Part shown: positions 29,756 through 39,752 of the stretch, one piece after another
How positions within the stretch are numbered: the stretch's first letter is position 1
Layout of the letters: every line of letters begins with the position of its first letter
NCBI GenBank assembly: GCA_051382295.1
Contig: JBBCAW010000012.1
Location: 32,001 to 96,000, forward strand
Reading direction: 5' to 3'
Origin: Bdellovibrionota bacterium FG-1
GTDB taxonomy: Bacteria > Bdellovibrionota > UBA1018
Length of the DNA: 64,000 bases
Program-made: the position numbers and the translations under genes
Notes under the pieces: model-generated
Told to the model about the DNA's origin: nothing
What the model saw: the letters and a program-made list of their open reading frames with translations, nothing else
The model's database searches: none

Positions 29756-32700
29756 ATGATTACCCCACGTTTTTCTCCTCACCTTGCCGTGCGAGCGCTT
29801 CTTGTGCTCGGCCTCCTTTCTCTGGGGACTATCGGAACTACAGGCTGTGGTCAGAGCGGCATCACGACGACGGCAACGATTGATCAGAGTGGTGTGCTGT
29901 CTGGAGTCGCGGTTCCGTTTCAGGGCGTTATTGCCCAACAAAATTTTAAATTCTCCAGTCCGTTTGCACAGGATGTCTTTCAGTTTTTCACGCCTCCCGA
30001 CGCTTACGGCGCGGCTTGCGGGCCGGTGTATGCCTCACTTTTTGCGATCGACGGTACGGGGGGGATCTCAAGCACCGCTTTGGCGACGAGCCTGCTCAAG
30101 ACCAATGATGGTGCGTACTCATTTGGCGAGGTCCGCTCTTCACTGGGCGTAGACATTCGCGAGGATCCGAACGTGAGGTACGTGGTGCAGGTCGCCGGCT
30201 GCAATTTTCTGTACACCAGACCCGTGACGGAATTTTGGGCCCAAACGGTAACGGCTGGCACTTCGTTGGTCAGTTTTGCGCTCAATACAACCCAGATGTC
30301 CCATACGTTGCGCCAGATCAATCGCGGGGCCTTGAATGATTTTATGGCAAAGCTCTCGGATACGACGATTTACAATGCGTATACGGCGGTTTCGAACAGC
30401 CCCACGCTAGGTGCGGCTTTTACAGATCTGTTTGGTGCGGACGTCACTGTTTTGGAAGATGCGGCGCCTAACATTGTAGAGATCAACGCCCCCACGGGCA
30501 CGGACGAAGGAGTAGGGGCACTCTATCAAGTCAGCGCCTCGCACTGGTCGCCGGTATATCCGAAAGCGTATCAGTGGAAAAAAGACGACGTCAATGTTTC
30601 TACGAATGCCAATTGGACCTACACGCCTGGAGCTAATGATCAGGGGTTGCACACGATTGATTTACTGGTCGGCAAAGATAATGGTCACGGGGTACCTGAT
30701 CTGACTAAGTCCTACGTGTACAAGACCTACTCGTTGCTGGTCCATGATACGGTGATGGCCACGCCGCTGAATCTGACACTGGGTACGCCCGCCAGCGCTC
30801 CGGTGAACACCCGACAACTGGTGTTGAATTTGGAGACGGGAGTGGGGCTTGGTAACTGTGCCAGCTTCACCGGTCTTGCGCTCACTGAAAACACGCTGAC
30901 GGCTCCCACCTCGCCCAGCGCATATACTCTTTTGTGCGCGACTGCGCCGGTACAGTCGGTCCCCTACAATTTAGCGACCATCGGGGATGGCGTGAAGACT
31001 TTAAGACTTTGGGCGATGGATGCCTCTGGTAACATTGGCCCCGTCCCGAGTTCGCTCTCCATCCTGTTTGATAGCACCGCTCCTACCGTTTCGATCACAA
31101 CTCCCACGGGCCCGCTTAAAGGCGGCAATACGGTGAGTTTAAATTTTGCGGCCTTAGACGCCGGAGCAGGCCTGACGTCAGGATCGGTCACGATTCAATA
31201 CGCCTCAAATGGCACGACGTTTGTGGACGTCGCTACGGTTGCAGGCAGCGCTATTTCATACTCCTGGACGATCCCGAGTGATTCGGTCGCGACGGCCAAG
31301 TTAAAACTGATTGCGGTGGACGCAGCCGGAAACTCAAACTCGGCCACAACCTCTGCTTTCACAATTGATAGCACCGCTCCTACCGTTTCGATCACAACCC
31401 CGACTGGCCCGTTTAAAGGCGGCAACACAGTGAGTTTAAGTTTTGCGGCCTCGGACGCCGGCGCGGGCATGACATTAGGATCGCTCACGATTCAATACGC
31501 CTCAAATGGCACGACGTTTGTGGACGTCGCCACTGTTGCGACGAGCGCTACGACGTACACTTGGACGATCCCGAGTGATTCGGTCGCGACGGCCAAGTTA
31601 AAACTCGTTGCGGTTGACGCAGCCGGAAACTCAAACTCGGCAACAACTTCTGCTTTCACAATTGATAGCACCGCCCCCACCGCCTCGATCACTACCCCTG
31701 GGTCACTCAAGGGTGGGAGCACTTATTCGATCGCGTTTTCAGCAAGCGCCGGGGGTAGCGGCCTAGCGAGTCTCACCATCAAATACGCAAGCGACGGCTC
31801 AACTTTCAGCACGACCGTAGCCACGCCTGCCACCAATGCAACGAGCTATAGTTGGACCGTGCCAAGCGACAATGTCGCAACCGCCAAACTCGAAATCATC
31901 GCAGTCAACAATGTCGGAGTTTCAACAACCACGGTGACGTCAGCATTCGTTGTCGATTCTACGGTGCCCACCGCTTCGATCACAACGCCCGGATCGTTAC
32001 AAGGTGGGAGCACGTATTCGATCGCGTTTTCGGCAAGTGATGGCGGTACCGGCCTGGCGAGTCTCACCATCAAATACGCAAGCGATGGCTCGACTTTCAG
32101 TACCACGGTAGCCACACCCGCCACCAGTGCAACGAGCTATAGCTGGACTGTACCGAGCGATAACGTTGCAACCGCAAAACTTGAAATCATCGCGGTCGAT
32201 AACGTCGGCAACTCCACCACCACGCTGACCTCTGCGTTTATGATCGATAGCACCGCACCTACCGCCTCGATCACGACGCCTGGGTCACTCAAGGGTGGGA
32301 GCACGTATTCTATCGCGTTTTCAGCAAGCGCCGGGGGTAGCGGCCTAGCGAGTCTCACGATCAAATACGCAAGCGATGGCTCGACTTTCAGCACGACCGT
32401 AGCCACGCCTGCCACCAGTGCGACGAGCTATAGCTGGACCGTGCCAAGCGACAATGTCGCAACCGCAAAACTTGAAATCATCGCAGTCAACAATGTCGGC
32501 GTTTCAACAACCACGGTGACGACAGCATTCACAATTGATAGCACCGTACCCACCGCCTCAATCACAACGCCCGGGTCACTCAAAGGCGGAAGCACTTATT
32601 CGATCGCATTTTCGGCAAGTGACGGCGGTAGCGGCCTGTCGAGTCTCACGATTAAATACGCAAGCGACGGCTCAACTTTCAGTACCACGGTAGCCACGCC

Positions 32701-35700
32701 CGCCACCAGTGCGACGAGCTATAGCTGGACGGTGCCGAGCGACAATGTCGCAACCGCAAAACTCGAAATCATCGCGGTCGATAACGTCGGAAATTCCACC
32801 ACCACGGTGACCTCTGCGTTTGTCGTCGACTCCACCGGTCCCACCGCCTCGATCACCACCCCTGGTTCGCTCAAGGGTGGCAGCACCTATTTTATTGCGT
32901 TTTCGGCGGGTGACGCTGGCAGCGGTTTGGCGAGTCTCACGATTAAGTACGCAAGTGATGGCTCGACTTTCAGCACGACCGTGGCCACACCTGCCATCAC
33001 CGACACCAGCTATAGCTGGACCGTGCCGAGCGACAATGTCGCAACCGCCAAACTTGAAATCATCGTGGTCGATAGCGTCGGAAACTCCACCACCTCAAGC
33101 GCCACTTCAGCCTTCATCATCGACAGCACCGCTCCTACCGTTTCAATCACAACCCCGACTGGCCCGCTCAAAGGCGGCAATACGGTGGGTTTAAGTTTTG
33201 CGGCCTCAGACGCCGGCGCGGGCATGACGTCAGGATCGCTCACGATTCAATACGCCTCAGACGGCACGACGTTTGTGGACGTCACCACGGTTGCGACGAG
33301 CGCTACGACGTACACCTGGACGATCCCGGGTGATGCGGTCGCGACGGCCAAGTTAAAACTCGTTGCGGTGGACGCCGTCGGAAACTCAAACTCGGCAACA
33401 ACTTCTGCTTTCATGATTGATAGCACGGCACCCGTACTCACGGCTGGCCAGATGAGTATTAATGGGGGAGCCGCCAGTACGACCAGCAACTACGTGCAGG
33501 TTTCTCTTAGGGCGACTGACTCGTTGACGAATATCACCCAGTTTTGCCTCAAGACAAACAGCACGACTCAACCCACGAGCTCGGATGCCTGTTGGGTGTT
33601 GGTCAACGCACCTACTCCAGGGCTCACGGCAGCCTTAAGTCTCAATCTGACGAATTTTTCTTACCTGCTTGGATTTGTCACAGGGAATTACACCTTTTAT
33701 GCTTGGGTGCAAGATCAACTCGGCAACATCTCCTCTCTCACCAGTGCTGGCGCAGGCACGGCGGGCGTGGATAAAGCCACAATTACCTACAGTCCGGGGC
33801 AGCCTCCGTCGGTGATTAACGTCAGTGCGACGAGCACCGATGTGCCAGCCTCTCCTTTCGCCTCGACCGATCTCTATGTCACAGCGGGCAGCACGGTCTA
33901 TATTCGTTGGGATGTCGCCACCGCTGCCAATGGTCTGGGCGCCAATCCCGTCACTCTTGCTTACACGACCAACGACAGCACCTTCACGGAAATTGCCTCT
34001 AACGTCGCCAATGCCGCCAATGGCTGCACGGTCGATGGGTCGCATACGGGTTGCTATGTCTGGACGAATGGCTCACCGACGAGCAGTTATTATAAAGTTC
34101 GAGTGTCGGTCCTGGATTCAAGCGGGATGGCCACGGTCGCGACGTCCAACCCGCTGAATGTATTTCCGCCCCTCAATATTCTTGCCGGAAACACCGACCC
34201 CGGCACCAACGGCAGCGCAAGCGCGGCGATGTTTTTTAACGTAGAAACTATACAAAGCGCAGATCCTCAAAGTTTTGTGGTGACCCCCTCTGGGGTGGTT
34301 TACTTTCGCGACAAAAATCGAGGTATTCTGGTGGTTGATCCCAGTAACGGTATTCAGAAAATACTAGTAGCGATGGATTCGACCCAAGCCTCGAATAATG
34401 GAGATGGGGGCCCCGTGAGCAGTGCCACCGTCAAGCAGCCGAACAAGATCGCGCTTGATTATCAAAATAGGCTTCTGGTGTTTGATTATGATCGCATTCG
34501 TCTGATCGACCTGAATGCCTCACCGATCACCATCAATACCTTCATCGGGGGGGGCGGCTCCACGTTAGACGGCGTCGCGCCCACCAATGTTTTGATTACA
34601 TCGCCGGGTGTCATGGGCGCCATAAATACTACTGCGGCGATGCCTTTTTTCCCGCTGCCCAATGGCGACCTTTACTTTCAATCTGAAAATTATCACGCTC
34701 TGATTAGCGCTGGCGCCCGCGTGCGCGTCTATCACGCCCCGAGTACTCCGGCCAAGGCTCAGGATAATACAGTGACGAGTATCACGCCCTCGGGTACTGG
34801 TATTTACGGTAATCCGGCATTTGCCCTTGCGGGTTGCTTACTCGAGCATTTTGGATTCACCTTCGATCCGCTCACCTCGAACATTCTTTCCGTGCAAATG
34901 ATTTGCTATGACGCTAATAGTGATCCGAACGTGAGTTTAAATCCAAGCACTTTTGTTTCGACGGCACCGCATCCGCCTACGGTATTTACCTATGGTAGAG
35001 TCACTTATAAGACACTTTCGCGAACAGGCGACATTTGGATCACCAGTGATTTCTCTGGAAATATCGCAAAATATATCCCGAGCACCAATACCTGGACCAC
35101 TGTGGTCGGCACAGGCACTGTCGGGGTGTGCGAGGATGGTACCGCCGCACTGTCTTGTAATATTGATCCAAAAGATACGTTTGTGACGGCCACGGGCCAG
35201 GTTTACTTCATGGATCGTGGCCGACTAAGAACACTGGATAGTTCGAACCAGGTCGTCACGATCATTGGGCAGTTGAGGTCCTTTGGCGATGGGGGTAACC
35301 CGCTCTCGGCTAGATTCAACAGCATCTACTCGCTGGACAAAACCACCGCCGATGACATCATCGTTTATGATAGTGGCGAAAACCGACTGCGCCAATTGAC
35401 GATTGGCGGAACGATTCAAACCATCGCCGGAAATGGCAATCCTCAGACTCAAAACACAACCGCTGCCGCGACCACGCAAGGAATATATGCAGCTAGTACG
35501 GCTGCTGGTTTGATCAGGGTAAATCCGTCAACTGGCGACGTATTTTCCACAATCAACGGTTACATCATGAAGCTTGATCGCAGCACCAGTAAATGGGTTG
35601 CTCTTGTTGGCGGCGGGGCTACTTCATATTCTTTGGCGGACAGCCTCACCGGAACCAACATCAGCATGGGAAGTTATACCGGTGGTATTCTCGGATTTGA

Positions 35701-36529
35701 CGGCACAAATCTCTTGATGGTGCAAGGTCGCTATAGCGCCGGAGTGTTCGACTGTTTCCTTAAGAACTACACCATTACTAATGGCACGCAATCGCATGTT
35801 GCGGGATTTGTGGGGAGTTCATGCGGCGGGTTGAATGCCGATACCACTCCCGTCACGAGCAGTGGCACGCACGCCAATACCTCAGGAACTCTTAATATGA
35901 TTCCAGCGTACTGGGACGGCCCTAATAATAGGTGGCTTTCGGTGGACAGGGCGGTGGCGCAGACCACTGTGCGCGCTCTCAATATCGGCGGCAACCTCGG
36001 CCCCCTCACGACCACTACCTATGGCATTGGGGCGTTTACCTATCGCAAAGAGGGTTCGAACGAATACCTGTATTATTGCAAGAACTCCACCTCCGGTACT
36101 TTACAGAGAAAAAATATCACGGCAGGCACGGAAAGTTCGCTGGCGTGGCCCATCTCCTCGCTCTTCTGTAGTGGTTACAGCCTTCTCTATGATAGCACTC
36201 GCAACTCACTGATTTTTCCGTTCACGCAAAATGGCTTGGGCGGCGTGGCAGAGTACATCCTGCCTGGCCCGATCGCGATTTCAAATGGCACGCAAAATAC
36301 CGCGAGCGGAGTCAACACCGTGACCTTTAACGGCACGTGTGGCGCCAACGTCAGCACGATCTCCGTGACCGGCACCTCGACGGGCACCACCGCATGTACC
36401 AATGGGAGTTGGTCTTACGCGACACCTACGCAAACTGGCGCGAACGTCTATAATTATACTTTCACCGGTGTCGATGGCGCGGGCAACTTGGGTGATACCG
36501 TAGTTGCGGGGGCTTGGACTCACAATTAG
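29756..36529 (+). CDS. Giant surface lipoprotein/adhesin-like protein with tandem Ig-like repeats and NHL/beta-propeller region
   Basis: 2257 aa; lipobox-like TGC; eight 97-99-aa DSTxPT repeats; NHL-like motifs (GDGGPVSSATVKQPNKIALD, GDGGNPLSARFN, TIAGNG); Thr/Ser/Gly rich. Confidence 0.85.
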   Translation: MITPRFSPHLAVRALLVLGLLSLGTIGTTGCGQSGITTTATIDQSGVLSGVAVPFQGVIAQQNFKFSSPFAQDVFQFFTPPDAYGAACGPVYASLFAIDGTGGISSTALATSLLKTNDGAYSFGEVRSSLGVDIREDPNVRYVVQVAGCNFLYTRPVTEFWAQTVTAGTSLVSFALNTTQMSHTLRQINRGALNDFMAKLSDTTIYNAYTAVSNSPTLGAAFTDLFGADVTVLEDAAPNIVEINAPTGTDEGVGALYQVSASHWSPVYPKAYQWKKDDVNVSTNANWTYTPGANDQGLHTIDLLVGKDNGHGVPDLTKSYVYKTYSLLVHDTVMATPLNLTLGTPASAPVNTRQLVLNLETGVGLGNCASFTGLALTENTLTAPTSPSAYTLLCATAPVQSVPYNLATIGDGVKTLRLWAMDASGNIGPVPSSLSILFDSTAPTVSITTPTGPLKGGNTVSLNFAALDAGAGLTSGSVTIQYASNGTTFVDVATVAGSAISYSWTIPSDSVATAKLKLIAVDAAGNSNSATTSAFTIDSTAPTVSITTPTGPFKGGNTVSLSFAASDAGAGMTLGSLTIQYASNGTTFVDVATVATSATTYTWTIPSDSVATAKLKLVAVDAAGNSNSATTSAFTIDSTAPTASITTPGSLKGGSTYSIAFSASAGGSGLASLTIKYASDGSTFSTTVATPATNATSYSWTVPSDNVATAKLEIIAVNNVGVSTTTVTSAFVVDSTVPTASITTPGSLQGGSTYSIAFSASDGGTGLASLTIKYASDGSTFSTTVATPATSATSYSWTVPSDNVATAKLEIIAVDNVGNSTTTLTSAFMIDSTAPTASITTPGSLKGGSTYSIAFSASAGGSGLASLTIKYASDGSTFSTTVATPATSATSYSWTVPSDNVATAKLEIIAVNNVGVSTTTVTTAFTIDSTVPTASITTPGSLKGGSTYSIAFSASDGGSGLSSLTIKYASDGSTFSTTVATPATSATSYSWTVPSDNVATAKLEIIAVDNVGNSTTTVTSAFVVDSTGPTASITTPGSLKGGSTYFIAFSAGDAGSGLASLTIKYASDGSTFSTTVATPAITDTSYSWTVPSDNVATAKLEIIVVDSVGNSTTSSATSAFIIDSTAPTVSITTPTGPLKGGNTVGLSFAASDAGAGMTSGSLTIQYASDGTTFVDVTTVATSATTYTWTIPGDAVATAKLKLVAVDAVGNSNSATTSAFMIDSTAPVLTAGQMSINGGAASTTSNYVQVSLRATDSLTNITQFCLKTNSTTQPTSSDACWVLVNAPTPGLTAALSLNLTNFSYLLGFVTGNYTFYAWVQDQLGNISSLTSAGAGTAGVDKATITYSPGQPPSVINVSATSTDVPASPFASTDLYVTAGSTVYIRWDVATAANGLGANPVTLAYTTNDSTFTEIASNVANAANGCTVDGSHTGCYVWTNGSPTSSYYKVRVSVLDSSGMATVATSNPLNVFPPLNILAGNTDPGTNGSASAAMFFNVETIQSADPQSFVVTPSGVVYFRDKNRGILVVDPSNGIQKILVAMDSTQASNNGDGGPVSSATVKQPNKIALDYQNRLLVFDYDRIRLIDLNASPITINTFIGGGGSTLDGVAPTNVLITSPGVMGAINTTAAMPFFPLPNGDLYFQSENYHALISAGARVRVYHAPSTPAKAQDNTVTSITPSGTGIYGNPAFALAGCLLEHFGFTFDPLTSNILSVQMICYDANSDPNVSLNPSTFVSTAPHPPTVFTYGRVTYKTLSRTGDIWITSDFSGNIAKYIPSTNTWTTVVGTGTVGVCEDGTAALSCNIDPKDTFVTATGQVYFMDRGRLRTLDSSNQVVTIIGQLRSFGDGGNPLSARFNSIYSLDKTTADDIIVYDSGENRLRQLTIGGTIQTIAGNGNPQTQNTTAAATTQGIYAASTAAGLIRVNPSTGDVFSTINGYIMKLDRSTSKWVALVGGGATSYSLADSLTGTNISMGSYTGGILGFDGTNLLMVQGRYSAGVFDCFLKNYTITNGTQSHVAGFVGSSCGGLNADTTPVTSSGTHANTSGTLNMIPAYWDGPNNRWLSVDRAVAQTTVRALNIGGNLGPLTTTTYGIGAFTYRKEGSNEYLYYCKNSTSGTLQRKNITAGTESSLAWPISSLFCSGYSLLYDSTRNSLIFPFTQNGLGGVAEYILPGPIAISNGTQNTASGVNTVTFNGTCGANVSTISVTGTSTGTTACTNGSWSYATPTQTGANVYNYTFTGVDGAGNLGDTVVAGAWTHN
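31070..33418 (+). repeat. Eight in-frame tandem repeats (order A-A-B-B-B-B-B-A)
   Basis: Units start at 31070, 31367, 31664, 31955, 32246, 32537, 32828, 33122; A = 297 bp, B = 291 bp (last B 294 bp). Confidence 0.95.
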
Positions 36530-36583
36530 TGTCGCAGTTATGCTCGGGCGCTGCCGTTGTCGGATCTCCAGGGCGGCGTTATT

Positions 36584-37882
36584 TCACTTTTCAGAACTAC
36601 TCGCGGGCTGCTCGTCAAAAAGAGGAAGGGATGATGGGGCATTGCTAAGTGCTTTGATCCATGCAGCGAAGGACTTAGTTGGAAGGCGATAGCTGCCCTT
36701 AATGGTATCGTTGACCACAATAATATTCCGACCCTTTAGCGCCTGAATAGCATTGTTTACCGTGTGCTCCTTCAGTCCTGATGACTGAATGATGTGCGAC
36801 CGGGTAACCCACTGATCAGAGTTCTCGGCCATGACCCTAAGCACCTTTCGGTAATCATCTGATCCCACCTGATCGAAGAACATCTCTTGAAAAAACTTAC
36901 GACCGAGCTGTTTCAATGCACCGTTCTTTCCATACGCGCCTTCTTCAACATCAACGGTCGAGAGGCTTCCATCGAAATCTGCGTCGAATGCGCTGTATCC
37001 GAACTGTTGAATGAAATGCGGGTAGCCCTCGGACAAGGCACAAAGTTGCTTTCTGGCGTCCTGGTCGATAGTCGTTTGGTCTTTGTTTTTGCTGTTTGCA
37101 TCCCTGATGCAGGCGTCGACGACCGCGGCACTGTCTTCTTCGGACAGCGGCCCTAGCGTGAAAATCTGAAAGAGTCGCGGAGAAGATTCGTGAGATGCTT
37201 TGAGCTTCTCTAGAACAACGGGCAATCCCGCCATCGCAACCGCCAGGTTTTCGCAGTCAAGGCGCGTCATCTTCTCTGTGAGCAACTTGATAATTTCTCC
37301 GAGGCGTGCGGAGGGGTCCGGTTTGTCTGCCTCGTCAATCAAAAGAATAACACCATCGACTCGCGTTGCTGAAGATGCCTGAGAAGCGGCGCCCTTGAGG
37401 AAGTCTGCGACGGTCTCGCAAAATTTATCAAGAACGGGGAACGGTTCACTTTCCATCTGCGCGCCGGGTCCGTGATACCGGACGCCAAGGACTTCCCACT
37501 TGCTAAGAAATTCCCAGGCCTTTTTGGCCGCACTTTTTAGTTCGGAATTTTTGTCGACTTGTTCACGAAACTTCGTGGCCAGAGTAACGACCACGTCTAG
37601 TGCGGTCATGTTTGCCGTCAGCTCAACGGGAACGACAAGAAACGAGGCTCTGAATTTCGGATCTTGCACAAAGGGAAGGGCTCCTTTGGCGAGGTGTTCG
37701 ATATATAGCATCAGTGAGGACTTGCCGATTCCCCGCTCCCCTTCGATTACAAAATGCTGCGGATTTCCGTGCTTTGTTTGGAACAGAATTTTTTCGATGC
37801 CCAATAATTCCTGCGCTCGGCCTTTGAACATGCCTGGATGAATCAGGTTGTTGGGTCTGAACGGGTTGTATTTCAGTGACAT
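36584..37882 (-). CDS. AAA/STAND-like ATPase with C-terminal winged helix
   Basis: NPF..FKGRAQEL, Walker A GERGIGKSS, Walker B ILLIDEAD, SEGYPHFIQ, C-terminal wHTH-like segment. Confidence 0.8.
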   Translation of the reverse strand: MSLKYNPFRPNNLIHPGMFKGRAQELLGIEKILFQTKHGNPQHFVIEGERGIGKSSLMLYIEHLAKGALPFVQDPKFRASFLVVPVELTANMTALDVVVTLATKFREQVDKNSELKSAAKKAWEFLSKWEVLGVRYHGPGAQMESEPFPVLDKFCETVADFLKGAASQASSATRVDGVILLIDEADKPDPSARLGEIIKLLTEKMTRLDCENLAVAMAGLPVVLEKLKASHESSPRLFQIFTLGPLSEEDSAAVVDACIRDANSKNKDQTTIDQDARKQLCALSEGYPHFIQQFGYSAFDADFDGSLSTVDVEEGAYGKNGALKQLGRKFFQEMFFDQVGSDDYRKVLRVMAENSDQWVTRSHIIQSSGLKEHTVNNAIQALKGRNIIVVNDTIKGSYRLPTKSFAAWIKALSNAPSSLPLFDEQPASSSEK

Positions 37883-38274
37883 GAGGCGCGCTCCATTTGC
37901 GATTACTGCGCGGAATTACCGACCGCGCTTGGGCAATATCGAGCACTAGGCGTCATTAGTCAATATTAGCCCTTATTAGTCACCACTAGGACCAAAGGCG
38001 CCGAAACCCCAGCCACTATTTGCCATTTTTTGAGCATTCAAAATAGGGAAAACAACGGAAAACACAAGTCATAACGTAGTGTTACATATTTAAGAAGATT
38101 CAGGGTTATGTCTTATTGTTGACTGAAGAAGTCGGGAAATCGGCAACGCATTGATGACCCCCCATTACGTCAATCAACCCTGCATGATCTGGCCGCCCAT
38201 CTTATGACCTTGGTCATGTACACATACCGGTGTACGCTTTAAAAGTGAAGAAACGGGACACAAGGAGAACCCCG

Positions 38275-38697
38275 ATGAAAGTTGAAGGCAAGGTGACTCC
38301 TCCTCGTGGAGCTAAGAACAAGTATTGGGGTGTTGAAATTCCACTTTTGGAGATCTACACCCAAGGTAAAACCAAAGCGGACGCCTATTTAATGGCGAAA
38401 GACGCAATTGAATCCTTGATAGATAAGAAGGGTTTTGAGGCGTTTTGTGTGCCGAGCAAGGGAAACCGCTTCATGATGACTGCTAACGATTCGGCCACTT
38501 TCGTGGCATTCATTCTTGGACGCCTTCGTGTGGCCCACAACTTAACCGCTCGGCAGATGTCTGAGCGGTTGCAGTCTTCCTCGCCCAACGCCTATGCTCG
38601 TTATGAACAGGGCCGGGCAATGCCAAAACTGGATAAGCTCGAAGAACTACTACATGCCATAGACCCAACCTTGGGCTTGGTCTTGGTCGCTGGCTGA
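38275..38697 (+). CDS. HicB-like antitoxin with C-terminal Xre HTH (orphan)
   Basis: YWGVEIPLLEIYTQGKTKADAYLMAKDAI HicB-type motif; YARYEQGRAMP HTH; AGGAG SD before ATG 38275. Confidence 0.75.
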   Translation: MKVEGKVTPPRGAKNKYWGVEIPLLEIYTQGKTKADAYLMAKDAIESLIDKKGFEAFCVPSKGNRFMMTANDSATFVAFILGRLRVAHNLTARQMSERLQSSSPNAYARYEQGRAMPKLDKLEELLHAIDPTLGLVLVAG

Positions 38698-38841
38698 GGT
38701 CGCAGGCGCGGCTTCGGCTGGGGCAAGCCTAAATTCGGCAGAATACGCCGTGAAGGCGAGTCTTCGACTCAAGCAGCGCAAGCAGTTTTCCGTTTTTAAC
38801 GCCGGCCCATCCCATCTCCGGGACCGTAAAAGCTTCACGGT

Positions 38842-39057
38842 TCAAGCCACATCGGAGATTTGTTTGCGAATATATTCCATGACTTCGAGAACCTGATCTT
38901 TGGTTACGGTCGGAAAATCTAAAAGAAACTCGTTAATCGTATCTCCAGCTTCTAGGAAATCGAAAAGAGCTTGAATAGGAACCCGAGTGTTTTCAAAAAC
39001 TGGCGTTCCACCCATAACTTCTGCGGATTTTTGAATGACCTTGAGTTTTGCTTCCAT
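38842..39057 (-). CDS. DUF433-family antitoxin-like protein (orphan)
   Basis: VMGGTPVFENTRVPIQALFDFLEAGDTINEFLLDFPTV is a typical DUF433 pattern. Confidence 0.88.
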   Translation of the reverse strand: MEAKLKVIQKSAEVMGGTPVFENTRVPIQALFDFLEAGDTINEFLLDFPTVTKDQVLEVMEYIRKQISDVA

Positions 39058-39154
39058 TTGTAGTCCTTCTTTTTAAGTAAGTTACGCATCGCACCAGACT
39101 GGTGGCGCCTCTTAAGGAAGATACCACAGCCAGGAGACCAGAACAAACCGGGGG

Positions 39155-39414
39155 CTGTGCGCGCGCTCAATATCGGCGGCAACCTCAGTACCCTCACGAT
39201 CACTACCTATCAGATTGGGGCGTTTACCTATCGCAAAGAGGGTTCGAACGAATACCTGTATTATTGCCAGAACTCCAATTCCGGTACTTTACAGAGAAAA
39301 AATATCACGGCAGGCACGGAAAGCTCGCTGGCGTGGCCCATCGCCTCGATCTTCTGCAGTGGTTACAGCCTTCTCTATGATAACACTCGCAACTCACTGA
39401 TTTTTCCGTTCACA
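39155..39414 (+). pseudogene. Diverged ~260-bp duplicate of the 3' part of the giant lipoprotein gene (about 35967-36225)
   Basis: Near-identical DNA encoding VRALNIGGNL...RNSLIFPFT; no signal peptide; ends abruptly. Confidence 0.9.
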
Positions 39415-39470
39415 GTGCGGCTGGTTCAAATATTTAGGGCATCAAGTATATCTCCCCGCTGTTCATGGCT

Positions 39471-39752
39471 CTAGGGCATCCCCCAGATCACGCCATCTTT
39501 ACTGGTGGTGCAAACACGGTAGCCACGAGCCAAGAGCTTTTTCATGGGAATGCCGGCCGCCTCAAAAAGATTTTTGATGAGATAGCGGCCCATGCCTTCG
39601 AAATCGCGCCCAAATTGAACGATCCGAGAGAAAGCTAGGTGATCCCAAAATCCGCGTCCGGTTTTGTTTCGGGCTAATGCGGCGCCCTTTTTGGCACCCG
39701 TGACGATGATCGCGATGCCGCCGGCAAGCTCGCGCAGAAATCCTCCTGGCAA
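39471..39752 (-). mobile_element. C-terminal fragment of a Y1 HUH transposase (IS200/RAYT-like)
   Basis: FLRELAGGIA...FWDHLAFSRIVQFGRDF...RYLIKN resembles the Y1 transposase catalytic-Tyr region; the HUH-containing N-terminus is absent. Confidence 0.6.

Noticed and set aside
35967..39414. Duplicate segment as a diversity-generating retroelement TR/VR pair
   Set aside because: Differences are not confined to adenines in either copy (T/G, C/T and T/C changes occur) and no reverse transcriptase is in the window.
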